A DNA stretch of 64,000 bases, taken from positions 50,470,001-50,534,000 of the forward strand of contig CM059432.1 in NCBI GenBank assembly GCA_030390025.1, in the 5' to 3' direction. Origin of the DNA: Squalus acanthias (taxonomy: Eukaryota). This document shows, in pieces, positions 1-13,079 of the stretch; position 1 is the first letter of the stretch; every line of letters begins with the position of its first letter. The position numbers and the translations under genes were made by a program. Under the pieces are notes generated by a model. The model was given only the letters and a program-made list of their open reading frames with translations, did no database searches and had not been told where the DNA came from.

Positions 1-339
1 CGCCACGATCTCCTGTGCCCAGAGATCATGACGTTATCCAAGCGTGCAACGCCCCGGTAGCGCCCCGGACCGGAAATTGATTCTTGCCTTAGCGCCTGCC
101 GCTAGAAACGACAGGTAGAGGGGGACGTTTTGCAGTCAGCAAGGAGCTGGGGGAGTGCTATTTAAAGGCGTGTGCTTCCTGCTTTTTCTTATCGGCAAAA
201 TATTTGGCATACACAGGTTGAGAGGGAGAGAGACGTCTGGAGAGATTTAACGCTGTCCTACAAGAAGTTTTGTTCTTGAGCAACACTTTTCAGGTTCCTA
301 TTTCTCTGAGCTTCATATTTACCACATTTACAAGATTAA

Positions 340-1597
340 ATGGGGGCTCTACTAACTCAGGGCGTCGTCCTCCAGCTTCACCTTCGGAGGCAGCAGAGGC
401 GCAGAGAGTGGCAAACGTGGCCAGAGGGAGGAGGGCCAACAGGGCTCTGCACAGGAGACCTTACCCCCCCCCCGGGTTTTCCGGGAGCAATTCTCCTACA
501 TTAATTTGTCCGAGGAGCAGTGTTTCCGAAGGCTGCGCTTCAGCAAGGAGGTGGTCACTGAGCTCTGCCACCTCCTGAAACCAGATCTGCAGCCTCAGTT
601 CTGGAGCAGGACGTCTCTGCCGGTGGCAGTGAAGGTGACGGTGGCTCTGAATTTTTATGTCAGCGGCTCCTTCCAGGCTTTTACTGGGGACATCGCGAAT
701 ATCTCCCAGTTCGCTGTCCATTGCTGCATCCGGGAGGTCACAAATGCTCTCTAGTACATCTCATTCCCCGTGACCCGAGACAAACAGCGTGAACGCGCAT
801 GTGGCTTCGCTAGGATAGCGGGCTTCCCCATGGTTCAGGGCGCCATTGACTGCACGCATGTGGCATTGCGGGCACTACATGAAAATGCAGAGGTGTTCCA
901 CAACTGCAAAGGCTTCCACTCTCTGAACGTGCAGTTGGTGTGTGACCACAGACAGCGCATCCTCGCTGTCAATGCCCGCTATCCTGGCAGCAGCCACGAT
1001 GCTTTCATCCTGCGCCAGACTGATGTCCCAGAGCTCTTCCAACCACCGCGTCAACCTCGTGGTTGGCTCCTCGGGGACAAGGGTTATCCACTCTGCACCT
1101 GGCTGACATCGCTCCGTAACCCCAACATTCCTGCTGAGCTCGTATACAATGAGAGCCATAGTGCCACCAGGAACCTCATTGAGCAGACGATCGGTGTCTT
1201 GAAGCAATGGTTCCGGTGTCTGGACCACTCTGGAGGAGCCCTGCAGTACTCTCCCGAGCGAGTCTCACTTTTCATTGTTGTGTGCTGCATGCTTCACAAC
1301 CTCGCAATTATGAGGACGCAGCCATTGCCACCAGGGATTGGTGCACCACCTCAGGAGAAGGAAGAGGGAGAGGAGGAGGCGGAGGAGGAGAATGAAGAGG
1401 AGGATAAGCAGCACCAATGTGGGAGGGAGGTGCACAATGTTGCCTCTGCAAGGGCCGTCCGTGAGCACCTGATAAGACGAATGACAGAGAAGATGGCTTC
1501 TGGGATGAACAAGCACATCATCGCAAGCATCCCGCAGCCCCTATCGCTGGGCAAAGCTCCAATGAGTCAAATGAGCAAAGTTGTAAAGTTCCAATAA
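340..1597 (+). pseudogene. Harbinger DDE transposase (HARBI1-like), disrupted
   Basis: Motifs GFPMVQGAIDCTH, KGFHSLNVQLVCD, YPGSSHDAFIL, LLGDKGYP, RNLIEQTIGVLK, CCMLHN; frameshift in the C-run near 464-473 and stop/frameshift at 752-770. Confidence 0.92.
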
Positions 1598-2095
1598 AAA
1601 TTTTATTTATCTGACAAACTGTGTCTTATTTATTCAGCACAAACAATAACAAACAGACACAACAATTCATTAACTAACAAAACTCGTTCTGACCACATCA
1701 AGATAAGCATAAACAGAGTGAACAAGATATTAAGATGAACATCAAACTTTGCCACAAACATTCCCCCCATTTATTGGATAATTTTTACTTTTCGGCCTTC
1801 GAGGGTGATCTCCATCCCCTGCGCACTTCCCCGCCCCCCCTCCCCCTTCCCTACTGCTCCTCCGTAATGTGGCCCCAATAGCTGCAGCAAGGCTGGTGGA
1901 AGGCTGCTGAATGTCAGATCCTGAGACTACAGATGCCCTTGAAGGACACCCTCGACCAGCTCTGGGCCTGGAGGGCCCGGCTGCAGACTGCACCAACTCT
2001 GCATGGGTGGCAGCAGTCTGGGCTGGCTGTGTTACAGGCTGTGGCAAGTGCAATGGCGGAGTGGCAGTGGTGGATGCAAGAATGTTGTCACCCTG

Positions 2096-3845
2096 TGTAA
2101 GGGTTTTTTGTCTCTCAGCCTGTGAGATTCGTGTGGCTCTGTGCAGCCCGGATGCTAGTGCGGGTTTAGGCCTTGTTGCCTGTTCTGGTCTCCAGCCAGT
2201 CTGGGAGCACTAGACACCTGTGAGTGGTTCGACCCACTCGCCCTTACGGTCCTAGACACTGGACTTAGATGCGAGAGCAGTAATGGAGATGAAACTCAGG
2301 TAGACTCGGTTGAATGGTACGAAATGGAAAATCTTTATTGCATATTACTTAAGATTACGAAATACATGTCATAAGCACAGATTAATGACAGTATAATCTT
2401 ACACGCAGTTATGTAACTAATTTCAGGGAAACGAGGAACGAACGACACATCGTAAATGGGGGCACACATTACAATTATCCTTAATACTTAAAACCCTCCC
2501 CTATCAATATCTGTCCTAATACGATAGCAAAATACTGCAGATGCTGGAAATCCGAAATAAATATCTGTCCTAAGCTAGATTCGTAGGATTCGAGACTCAT
2601 GCTCACCACTCGTGATAACTCGGAGAATTCCGAAAACTCTGATCGGATGTTTTTCACCGCAGCGCCCACGTGTCGATCAGGGGGTCTCCTGGCCCCACTT
2701 GTTTACTCGTTTCTGCTCCGGCTAGCAGGCTGGAATGTCTGCTGTCATGAAGATCTGTGTTGTCCTCGGAGTTCCGACTCTACTCAAAAAAAGAGTCTTC
2801 CTGTGCCCTCACACCGGTTCGATAAAATTCGAAAAATAGTCTTCCTGTGTCAGTTCTGTAGAACTCAAAGAAGTCTTCCTGGCAAGGAAAATGTCTATTC
2901 GACCTACAGGCGCGGTCGGAGCTTACTGACCGTGGCGATAAGTATGGTCTTCTTCTCTTCTCATCTCATCTCATCTCATCTCGGGCCTTCGGTTCCAACA
3001 CCGTTTACCGACTTATCGGGATGGTGCGCCCGCTTCAAGGCTTCAGAGCCCAGTTCTACACAGGTCTTCGCGACACGACCCGGGGTAGATCCGAGCGGAT
3101 CATAAAGTTCAACAGTCTTTTGAAAAGAGACACGAGGCAAGCAGGAACAAGACGGCGAGTCAAGAGCAGCCACGAGGATAAACACCAGCAGGATAAGAGT
3201 CAACCGAATAAGAGAAAGATGGACGGTTGGAGCTTGTAATTATAGTGCAAAATCTTCCTTTTCCCGCCCAACCTTAATGTCTTTTCTTTTGTTAGGGTTT
3301 GGCGCTCAAATTTCTTGTATAGGGCGATCTTCGTTTTAATGGGTTTCGGGGCTACTCGTAAATGTCTGAGTACCTGTTAATATTTCTCCCATTGTTTAAT
3401 CGGTCGGTGTTCTCCCTGGAGGGGTTTTGGGCTTCCAGGTGTTTTCTGTAACTACCCGCTAACGGCTCTCTCATCGTAGGGTCGTTGGGATTTTACATAT
3501 TAATGTCTTTGGATGGGTTCTTGATTACTTGGTACAATAGCTCTTATTCGTACCTGGGGGACCGATTTCAGTATTTATGTGTATACTGTAAACCCATGAT
3601 GTCTCGTGTATTATCTTCAATGTGCTGAGTCTTAATCGATCTTGCACAAATGTTTATTGGAACGCCATCTTGTCTGCCTGTCGAAAAGTCTAGAATGTTC
3701 TGTCACGAGGTGCGGCGGCCATTTTACAGGCTGCTTGTGTCCACTTTGAAAACCTGACAGCATTCTGCTGAAATAAAAGCTGTTTGAACGAAACTATGTG
3801 TTTTTCTCCTTATTAATAAAATCGCGATATATTGCGAATTCTACA
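2096..3845 (-). mobile_element. Solo LTR, family A (1750 bp)
   Basis: Termini TGTAAG...TTCTACA; 4-bp TSD CCTG (2092-2095 / 3846-3849); diverged copy in opposite orientation at 48766-50364; strand inferred from AATAAA position only. Confidence 0.85.
2520..2559 (-). mobile_element. 40-bp Penelope-like 3' tail insertion
   Basis: Matches PLE terminus TACAAAAGCAAAATACTGCGGATGCTGGAAATCTGAAATA (41895 onward); 14-bp TSD AATATCTGTCCTAA (2506-2519 / 2560-2573); empty site in the other LTR-A copy (~49963-49980). Confidence 0.8.
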
Positions 3846-5705
3846 CCTGAGAGAGGACAGCAGCTTCCTGCTTGACCGACACACTGCCACTCCCCCGGGG
3901 CAGTACCTCAGCATCCGGAGCAATCTGCTCGAGCACAGATTGCTGGCCTGCTGCGGCACCGTGAGATCCTCGGTGGACAGTGGGCAACCCAGCGATGATG
4001 GCAGCAGTCAGCACTTGCGTGACATCGATCTGAGACTGCATGAGAGCAGTCCAAGACTGGATGGCACCAGCCAATGACTCGATTACAGCACTAAGCCATG
4101 CGTTGCGTAGGCCTGTGCTGCAATAAATCATGCCACCTCACCCATTACACGTGGCATGGGCTCTGGGTCTCCTCGGTCTCCCTGCAATTCAACCATCCTC
4201 TGCAACGAGGCAAGGATGGGTTCAAGGGTTTGCGCACAGATGACAGCTGTGCTGGCGGTGGATTCCTCCATGCTCCTAGCCAGTGCATCCATGCTGTCGC
4301 GCACCTTTGCCATTGCACCCACGAGCTCCGTATGCATGCTCAGAGCCTGATTCTTCATGGCCGCTATATCGAGGTCCTCATCCGAGTCCTGTGCAGCAGA
4401 ACTCGTGCATGCACTCACCCTCTGGGGAGATGGTCCCAGAGCTTCACCCACATCAGATGCAAACTCCCTACTCCCCTCCAGTGAACGCTTGGCCCCAGTG
4501 TCGAAGGTGTCACCCTCAGGAGACGCAGGCGGTGAGGCTCCGGCTTCGTCTTTCTCCTCCTCTGGCTGTGTCGCTGCCACTGGCAGGCTGAGGGAGAGGC
4601 TGCTCAGTTGGTGGTTCACTATCTGAAAGCAGGAGGGTACAAGAGTAGCTTTAAAGTGAGGGCAGGGGGGCAGGAAGGGAGCAAGGACTGGAGACAGTAT
4701 AGTTAGATGGAAAGTGTAAAAGGCTGGTGTTGTGAAGGGGTAGTGGTATGAGGGAGGAGAGAAAGCTGATGAACATACTGTTGCTGTCCCCAAGGGGGTC
4801 GACCTCTCCAACGGCCACAGCGCCGACTACATGACTAGCAATGAGTGTGTGGACTCTCTCCTCCAATTCTGAGGGGGTGCAGCTCCCCCTGTCCTCCTCC
4901 CATCCGTTGTTGCTCTCTGCGGTTATGTGAAAGCGTGACCTGCAAGAAAAAGGACAGCGTGAGTGAGTGTGCAGCCATGTGTTTGGCAGAAGTGCCTACC
5001 ATAGTTGAATAGCCGTTAATGTGTGCAAGGTGTGGGATGTGCATGTGACTTTTATGAGATGGGCATAGTTGTTGGGTGATTGTTGGGCATTTGGGTATTT
5101 ACACCGTCTGTGCACAGAGTGAGGTTGAGATGGTGGGATGTAGAGGTTTTGAAAAGCATGTATTAACGCTGACCACCCGAGTGAGGTTGTCGAACTTCTT
5201 ACGACACTGTGTATGCTTCCTTTGGACCAGGCTCCTCGCTGACACATGCTGGGCTACCTCCCTCCAGACTCTTGTAAACTCGCGGGGCAATGTCCTCCTG
5301 CCAGTCTCTGGAAACAGCACTGCCTGTCACCGTTCCACAGCGCCAACCAGAGCCACCAATGCCTGGTCGCTAAAGCGGTGAGCTCTCTCCCTGAGCTTCT
5401 GAGTATCCATCAGAAATGGTTGAGGAATATTTGTAGGTGCTTGCAGGCCGAGGTCAAAAGCTGCAATGAGCAGGGTGTGGCTGTGCAGCAAGATGGATCC
5501 TCCCCTTTAAGAACTGGACGGCGCCAGTCTGTCTGAGTACAAGGTAATTGACATCGCCTGAGCTTCAGTAGCGCTCTGAGGGAGCACCTTGTTCCCCGAT
5601 GTTAGCGCTCTAAGAGAGCTGTGTAGCGCTTGATTTAGCGCCATAATCACCTCCAGGGGCGCTGGCGACGAATTTCGCAGTCGGCGGTGAGCTCTTTCCT
5701 AATTC

Positions 5706-7020
5706 TAAGATAATGCACAAAATTAACAGTCACTTGGACAAGTGTGGATTAATTAAGGAAAGCCAGCATGGATTTGTTAAAGGCAAATTGATCGAGATTT
5801 TTGATGAGGTAACAGAGAAGGTTGATGAGGGCAATGCGGTTGATGTAGTATACGTGGATTTCCAAAAGGCATTCGACAAAGTGCCACATAATAGGCTTGC
5901 CAGCAAAGTTGAAGCCCATGGAATAAAAGGGACAGTGGCAGCATGGATACGAAATTGGCTGAGTGAAAGGAAACAGAGAGTAGTGGTGAATGGTTGTTTT
6001 TCAGACTGGAGGAAGGTACACAGTGGTGTTCCCCAGGGGTCTGTTCTGGGACCACTGCTTTTCTTGATATATATTAATGACTTGGATGTGGGTGTACAGG
6101 GCACAATTTCAAAATTTGCAGATGACGCAAAACTTGAAAGTATAGTGAACAGTGAGGAGGATAGTGATAGACTTCAGGAGGACATAGTCAGGCTGGTGGA
6201 GTGGGCGGACATGTGGCAGATGAAATTTAACACAGAATAATGCAAAGTGATACATTTTGGTAGAAAGAATGAGGAGAGGAAATATAAACTAAAGGGCACA
6301 ATCCTAAAGGGGGTGCATGAACAGAGAGACCTAGGGGTATATGTGCACAAATCGTTGAAGGTGGCAGGGCAGGTTGAAAAAGCAGTTGAAAAAGCATACG
6401 GGATCCTGGGCTTCATGAATAGAGGTATAGAGTACAAAAGCGTGGAAATTATGATGAACCTGTATAAAACACTGGTTCGGCCTCAACTGGAGTATTGTGT
6501 CCAATTCTTTAAGAAGGATGTGAAGGCCTTAGAGAGGGTGCAGAAAAGATTTATGAGAATGATTCCAGGGATGAGGGATTTCAGTTACGTGGATAGACTG
6601 GAGAAGCTGGATTGTTCGCCTTAGAGCAGAGAAAATTGAGAGGAGATTTAATAGAGGTGTTCAAAATCATGAAGGGTCTGGACAGAATAGATAGAGAAAC
6701 TGTTCCCATTGGCAGAGAGGTCGAGAACCAGAGGACATAGATTTAAGGTGATTGGCAAAAGAATCAAAGGCGACATGAGGAAAAACTTTTTTACGCAGCG
6801 AGTGGTTAGGATCTGGAATGCACTGCCTGAAAGGGTGGTGGAGGCAGCCTCAATCACGGCTTTCAAAAGAGAGTTGGATAAGTACCTGAAAGAAAATAAT
6901 TTGCAGGGCTACGGGGAAAGGGTGGGGGAGTGGGACTAGCTGAAGTGCTCTTGCAGAGAGCCGGCACGGGCTCGACGGGCCGAATGGCTGCCTTCCGTGC
7001 TGTAACCTTTCTATGATTCA
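5706..7020 (+). mobile_element. CR1 LINE, 5'-truncated (RT C-terminal half and 3' UTR)
   Basis: [46 protein letters not shown]; tail TTCTATGATTC. Confidence 0.93.
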
Positions 7021-7849
7021 CAAAGCTGTAAGGACCGTCTCCATTTCTTGTGTTGGCATAGCAAGTGTTTTCTCTTCAAGTGTTTGGTTGTTCCGGTTTC
7101 TTGCTCTCATTTCACTGTTCTCTTTTCATCAAGTATTTAGTCATTGTAAGCTGTATATCCAGTTACAAAGCAGATTGTGAGATTACTCCCCAAGGAGTAA
7201 CAATCGTGTACACTGCATCCATTCGGTTAACATGCCTAGCAACCTCCAACGCAGTCACTGTCATCTATGTGTGCTGTTCAAGACAGAATGTTAAAAATAT
7301 AAATCAATAAGGCTGATTCTAATCACCAAGGCAGGTCAATTCAGCTCTAACTGACATGCCCATGAGCTGTTAAAATCTTTCCTGCCTGTGCAACACCAAA
7401 GAAAATCACTTCTCACCTGATCCTTACAACCGAACATTATAACCAAGGGAAAATGCACGGGTACTAATGGGAAATGGATTTGGAAAGAGGTTTTTGATCT
7501 GTACAGCTGAATGATCACCACAAGCAATGGTCAGTAAAATCAAATTCTACTGCAAAAGCGCTCTGTAACAATATTGATATCCATTGTAGACCAAAAAATA
7601 ATGCCAAAGAAACAGAGAAAGAAACTTGTAAATAATTCAAGGGGTGTTAGCGAAGGGTTAATCAAATGGAACTGCTATTGATTAATATGCATACATTCAA
7701 GATGGCTCCTGTGCTGGCTGCTCCCTAGGGAGCTCTTTTGCTGTGCAACTCTATCCTTGGCCATCCTTTGCACTTTCTCCTCCAATCCCCTCTCTTCCAC
7801 TGTTTAAATTTCCCTGGCTCTAATAGTGGATGCAGTTTAGCCCTAACTA

Positions 7850-10380
7850 CAAGTTAACTGCTAGTTTAAAGTTACCTAGGCCCACTGCCCATCTGAACCT
7901 GGACATCAGTTTATCGATGCTCCAAGCTGACTTCACACTACCTATGTCAACTTTATCCCGCCACGGGACCTCTGACTTTAACTCTCAACTCCTGCCTATT
8001 GTCTGCTTGCCCTTCCCCGTTTATTACCAGGTCATATCTATCTACTCTTGCTGTGTAACCACGCCTATTTAACTTGGGTTTCCCTCTGTCCATTCACGTA
8101 TGCATTTTGTCTGCCGCTCCGGACCCGAGCCCATCACTTTTATTTCCCCTTTTCTCTTTACCCCTCCTAGGTCCCTCTCTCCTGTCGTCATGCCTCCTTT
8201 CATTTCTCCCCTTTCGGGTACTCTGCCCTCCCAAATCCCTACCCCAACTCTTCAGCGCTCCACGACCTTCTTACTCTCCTGCCGCTGTCCCAGGCTTGAC
8301 TCCCTCTTAGATAAGCCTACAGCTTCCTTCTGTGCCTCTCTTGGCATCCTCCGAAGGGCCCAATCGAGGTACTCGTCTCTACCTCCTTACAAGCAGCAAC
8401 CCCAAGTGCCCCATCCTACTCTCTCATCCGACTTCCCGCCCAGCGCACCTGCTGGGTGCTAATCTTTTCAATCTCCTTCCCATTCAGCCTCCTAATGCTG
8501 ACCCAGTGGACTCTGCCAGCAGATCACCTATCACTGCCCATCTCCACATCTCCCTCCAGAATGTTCACTTTGAACAATGCCCTTGCCGTCCATGAGCTTA
8601 TTGTGATGTCTGCATCGACATCATTGCCTGGACAGAAACCTGGCTGATGGGTGATGGCACCTTCCCCTTAATGAAGCCTCCCCACCTGGCTCTACCTTCC
8701 ACCACTTGCCCCGCCCAAACCGCCAAGGTGGCGGTGTGACTCTTTTCACCAAATCACACCTTAGTCTGTCCCCCGACTCCTCTGGCACCTTCTCCTCCTT
8801 TGAGCATCTCACCTTGTTCCACCCCTCTAGCTTTGCATTTAAAATCCCCGTTGTCTGTTGCCCACCCAAGTACCAAGCCAAGCTTTTCACTGAGATATCT
8901 TCACTGCTTTCCTCCTTCAGCCTCTGCACCGAGTGACTTCTCATCCTCGGTGATTTCAACCTCCATTTCATCTCATCATGCCCTCTCTCCTGAGCTCACT
9001 GCCCTCCTATCTTCCCTTAATCTCTCGGGTCCTGCTCTCCTCTGTCGAAACTGCTTACTAGTTCAAGATCATCCTGGAATGCAAAGATAACCCTGGCTTC
9101 TCTTCTCCACCACAAACCATCTTCTTAAACCGCTCTCCTCTACCTCCCACCCTCATCTCCAACAACATGTACGAAGAACTCATGGACTTATTTGTCACTA
9201 AGTTTGATACCATCCGTTCAGCTGCCTCTGCTGCTACCCTCTCTTCCCCTACCCAACTGGGCCAAATTTCCCCTAAGGTTCCCCCCTGCCCTCGACCTGA
9301 ACTTGCATCTTTCTCTAGTTTCTCTCTCGTCTCCCCTCATGCTCTCTCCAACCTCATCTTGACCATGAGACCCACCTCCTGCTCCCTCGACCCTATTCCC
9401 ACCAAAATGCTGACCACCCAACTTCTCTTCCTGCCTCCACGTTAGCTGATATTGTTAATGGTTCTCTCTCCTCAGGTACTGTCCCCATACCTTTCAAATC
9501 TGCCGTCATCACCCCTCTCCTCAAAAAAGACACCCTTGACTCCTCTGTCCTTGCAAACTACTGCCCCATCTCCACCCTCCCTTTCCTCTCCAGAGTCCTT
9601 GAATGTGCTGTCACCTCCCAAATCCGTGCTCATCTTTCCCGCAACTCCATGTTTGAATCCCTCCAATTTGGTTTCTGCCCCTGCCTTGGTACTGAAACGG
9701 CGCTTATCAAAGTTACAAATTACATCCTACGTGACTGTGACTGTGGTAAACTATCTCCTCCATCATCCAGCTGGGTGGAACTGCACTCGCCTGGTTCCAT
9801 TCTTATCTATCCAGTCGTAGCCAGAGAATCACCTGCAATGACTTCTCTTCCCGCTCCCACACTGTTACCTCTGGAGCAACGTTCCCTATAAGCTGTGCAG
9901 TTCTGCCGGTCCCGCGCAGCCCAGGACCACTTTTTCAATGTAAAGTTTCACGCGTGCACGTGAGTGGGCCGCACAGCCCCTTAAAGGGGTCGCGCACCCA
10001 GAAAAAAAATAAGGGGGAACATTGCTCTGGCGTCCCCCAAGGAGCTATCCTTGGTCCCCTCCTATTTCTCATCTACATGCTGCCACTCGGCGCCATCATC
10101 CAAAAACAATGTCTGGTTCCACATATACGCTGATGACACCCAGCTCTACATCACCACCACTGTCTCTAAATTGGCAGACTGCTTGTCAGACATCCAGTAC
10201 TGGATGAGCAGAAATTTCCTCCAGCTAAATATTGGGAAGACTAAAGCCATTGTCTTCGCTCCCCGCCACAAACCCCAAGAGGAGCTTCCGACCACATATC
10301 CATGCAATCACCCAGACCACCTACTTCCACCTCCGTAACATCGCCCTACTCCACCCCAGCCTCAGCTCATCTGCTGCTGT
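7850..10380 (+). mobile_element. L2 LINE, degraded with internal deletions (endonuclease and RT remnants)
   Basis: GGGVTLF and ILGDFN (APE), PTSCSLDPIPT, YADDTQLY, WMSRNFLQLNIGKT; C-rich sense strand. Confidence 0.85.
9877..10024. mobile_element. hAT-type MITE (148 bp)
   Basis: TIRs CAACGTTCCC / GGGAACATTG; 8-bp TSD CTCTGGAG / CTCTGGCG; interrupts L2 RT. Confidence 0.8.
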
Positions 10381-10559
10381 CCCACACAATTGTGATACCT
10401 TGTGTATCACAATATATACACTCCAACCCACCCAAGACCATGTGATCTCCTGGGAGAGGCAAAAAACAGCTAAAAAACCCAGGCCAATTGGGAAAAAAAA
10501 TCTGGGAAATTCCTCTTCAACCCATCTAGACGATCAAACTACTCCAGGAGGTCACTCTG

Positions 10560-10775
10560 GCCCTGAATTCCCTGCAGTACCTACCTACCTTCTGTAAGAG
10601 CTGATCTCCGCCCTAGCCAGAAACAGGTCCAGCTCTTGCTTGAAGAAATTCAGTGAATCAGCATCCACCACACGAGATGGCAGCCTGTTCCAGAGGTCCA
10701 CTATTCTCTGGGAAAAGAACCACCTCCTGACATCTAACCTAGATCTAGCCTTATACAACTTAAATTTATGACCCC
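10560..10775 (-). mobile_element. CR1-type LINE 3' end
   Basis: RGHKFKL...RRWFFSQRIVDLWNRLP...FKQELD on -. Confidence 0.75.
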
Positions 10776-10969
10776 TGTTAATAAATCTGTAAATATGTAA
10801 TGCTGTGAACCCTATTATTTTGAGGAGTAACTTATAAGAACATATAGCGAGGGTAATAGAGCTAGAATGACAGAAACATAACCATCCAGAAGTAGACTGA
10901 CAGGGATAACTGCGCATAACAACTTTAGGATGGAAAAAATCACAAGCTGTGTGTCCACATCACCTAGTG

Positions 10970-11124
10970 CAATGTTCCCTTTAATTTTTTTTGGGTGCGT
11001 GGCCCCTTTATGGGGCTGCACGGCCCATTCAAAATACCGCACATGTGCAGTTTTTCCTATTTAAAAGCCGGTGAGCCGGCTGCATGAGATGGCCACGCTG
11101 CGGCACAGCTTAAAGGGAGCATTG
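10970..11124. mobile_element. hAT-type MITE, same family as 9877-10024, opposite orientation
   Basis: TIRs CAATGTTCCC / GGGAGCATTG; degenerate 8-bp TSD ACCTAGTG / ACCTGGAG. Confidence 0.75.
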
Positions 11125-11645
11125 ACCTGGAGCGCTGCGTACAGTTTTGGTCTTCTTAACTAAGGAAGGCTATACTTGCCTCAGAGGGAGTGCAATGAAG
11201 AGTCACTAGACTGATTCTTGGGAGTGTCCTATGAGGAGAGAGTGAGCATACTAGGCCTATATTCCCTAGAATTTAGAAGAATAAGAGATGATCTCATTGA
11301 AACATATAAAATTCTTACAGGGCTTGACAGAGTAGATGCTGGAGGATTTTTCCCCTGGCTGGAGAGTCTAGAATAAGGGCTCGGCCATTTAGGAGATGAG
11401 GAGAAATTTCTTCAATCAAAGGGTTCTGAATCTTTGGAGCTCTCTACCCGAGGGCTGTGGATTCTCAGTCGTTGAGTATATTCAAGACAGAGATCGATAG
11501 ATTTTTCGATATTAAGGGAATCAAGGGATCTGGGGACAGTGTGGGAAGGTGGAATTGAGGTAGATCAGTCATGATCTTATTGAATGGCAGAGCAAGCTCG
11601 AAGGGTCAAATGACCTACTCCTGCTCCTATTTCTTATGTTCTTAT
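11125..11645 (+). mobile_element. CR1 LINE 3' fragment
   Basis: Similar to 21640-22195; tail TTCTTATGTTCTTA. Confidence 0.88.
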
Positions 11646-11705
11646 CTTGTATACCTCTATAAGATCACTTCTCAAATGCTCCCTTTCCAAGCTGAAAAGC
11701 CCAGG

Positions 11706-11950
11706 AGGGGGGAATTTTAACTCTACTCGCTCGGCGGTAATGGAGTGGGTAGCAGTTAAAATGGAGCAGCTCCATTTCCCACTCTGTTCCTGCCGATCTC
11801 CAATTTTAACATCACTGATTTTGGCAGCGGATGAAGTGCCCGCCGGACTTAGGCGGGAGCCTCATGCATTAATGCTAATTTGGGGTCCTCTAACGTCAAT
11901 GGCAGGATGGCGATGGCATTTTAACTGGGGCCTGAACAGCCTAGCATTAT
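11706..11950. mobile_element. Harbinger-type MITE end (fragment)
   Basis: Starts GGGGGGAATTTTAAC like other Harbinger-type ends; no partner TIR found. Confidence 0.45.
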
Positions 11951-12177
11951 GCTTTGAAGCACCCTGTTTTTGTCTTATTGGAATATATTTATTTTGTACT
12001 CTATCCATCTCAAATTTGAAGATTTCCACTGCTTGCCAATGTTTCTACCCAGTTAATTGGGGCCAGTTCCCTTCATATCTCATTAAACTTTGTTTTTTTT
12101 CCCCAATCCAGTACCCGTATCTTTTATTCTTCATTGTACTTTTCTATTTTTACTTGAACCTAACTATGTTGTGATTG

Positions 12178-12303
12178 CTGACTAAGGGTCATTGACCAGT
12201 GACTCTGTTTCTCTCTCTACAGATGCTGCCTGACCTGCTGAGTATTTCCAGCATTTTCTGTTTTTATTTCAGATTTCTAGCATCTGCAGTATTTTGCTTT
12301 TGT
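12178..12303 (+). mobile_element. Penelope-like pLTR 3' fragment with decayed hammerhead
   Basis: Matches 32355-32488. Confidence 0.8.
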
Positions 12304-12484
12304 ATGTTGTGGTTGCTATTTCCCAATTGTTGCCTACTCTTACATTCATTGCTTGCCCCGCCCCACTTAATACACACGAACACAAGAAATAGGAGCAGGA
12401 GTAGGCCATTTGGCCCTTCGAGCCTGTGCTGCCATTCAATAAGATCATGGCTTTTCCCAGAACTAGAATCAGTCCTGGAGCACT

Positions 12485-12842
12485 AAAAGCTAGGCTGACA
12501 TTCCAGGGCAATCAGAGTCTTTTGGGTGAGACATTAAACCGAGGCCCCATCTGCTCTCTCAGATGGAAGTAAAAGATCCCATGGCACTATTTCGAAGAGG
12601 AGCAGGGGACTTATCCCCAGTGTCCTGGCCAATATATATCCTTCAATCACATCACTAAAAAACAGATTATCTGGTCATTATCATATTGCTGTTTGTGGGA
12701 GTTTGCTGTGCAAATTGGCTGCCACGTTTCCTACATTACAACAGTGACTACACTTCAAAAGTACTTAATTGGCTGTAAAGCGCTGGGGACATCCTGAGGC
12801 AGTGAAAGGCACTGTATAAATGCAAGTCTATCTTTCTTTCTT
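12485..12842 (+). mobile_element. Deu-domain SINE (SacSINE1-like), 5'-truncated
   Basis: Deu-like core TGTCCTGGCCAATAT..., L2-like tail AAGGCACTGTATAAATGCAAGT(CTTT)n. Confidence 0.8.
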
Positions 12843-13079
12843 TAATATCTAGGTAAATGTAGTAAGACCAAAAGATTGAACAGAGAAACCTTGCCAGTTG
12901 CCACTGTCTCAGCGTATGTGCTGCCATGTGAACTTCTCATCTTTGGTAGACAGAAGACTTGACACTCTTTCAAACTGTGGCACCATCTGGAACCAGTAGA
13001 CCAATTTATTTTACATTATACATGTAATTGAACTGTTTTCGGTCCAAGCAGTATATTTACACTAATTATAAACGTTATT

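Larger units (their letters stand above)
1742..5410 (-). pseudogene. Harbinger Myb/SANT-like DNA-binding gene, spliced and disrupted
   Basis: ATG at 5410: MDTQKLRERAHRFSDQALVALVGAVER*QAVLFP...WREVAQHV...TQCRKKFDNLTR; acceptors TTCTTGCAG| (~4939) and CTGCTTTCAG| (~4622); last exon split by the LTR at 2096-3845. Confidence 0.85.
1..5690 (+). mobile_element. PIF/Harbinger DNA transposon with two convergent genes; left end outside window, right end truncated by a CR1; interrupted by a solo LTR
   Basis: HARBI1-like transposase on + and Myb/SANT gene on -, the canonical Harbinger layout; GC-rich subterminal AGCGCC motifs shared with the element at 23544-24439. Confidence 0.9.

Noticed and set aside
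770..1597. Host HARBI1 gene
   Set aside because: Frameshifted, paired with a Myb gene inside a transposon, and related fossils occur in the window.
7640..7700. TGATTAAT site (7679-7686) in unique DNA
   Set aside because: Single motif without an adjacent MEIS site; expected by chance.
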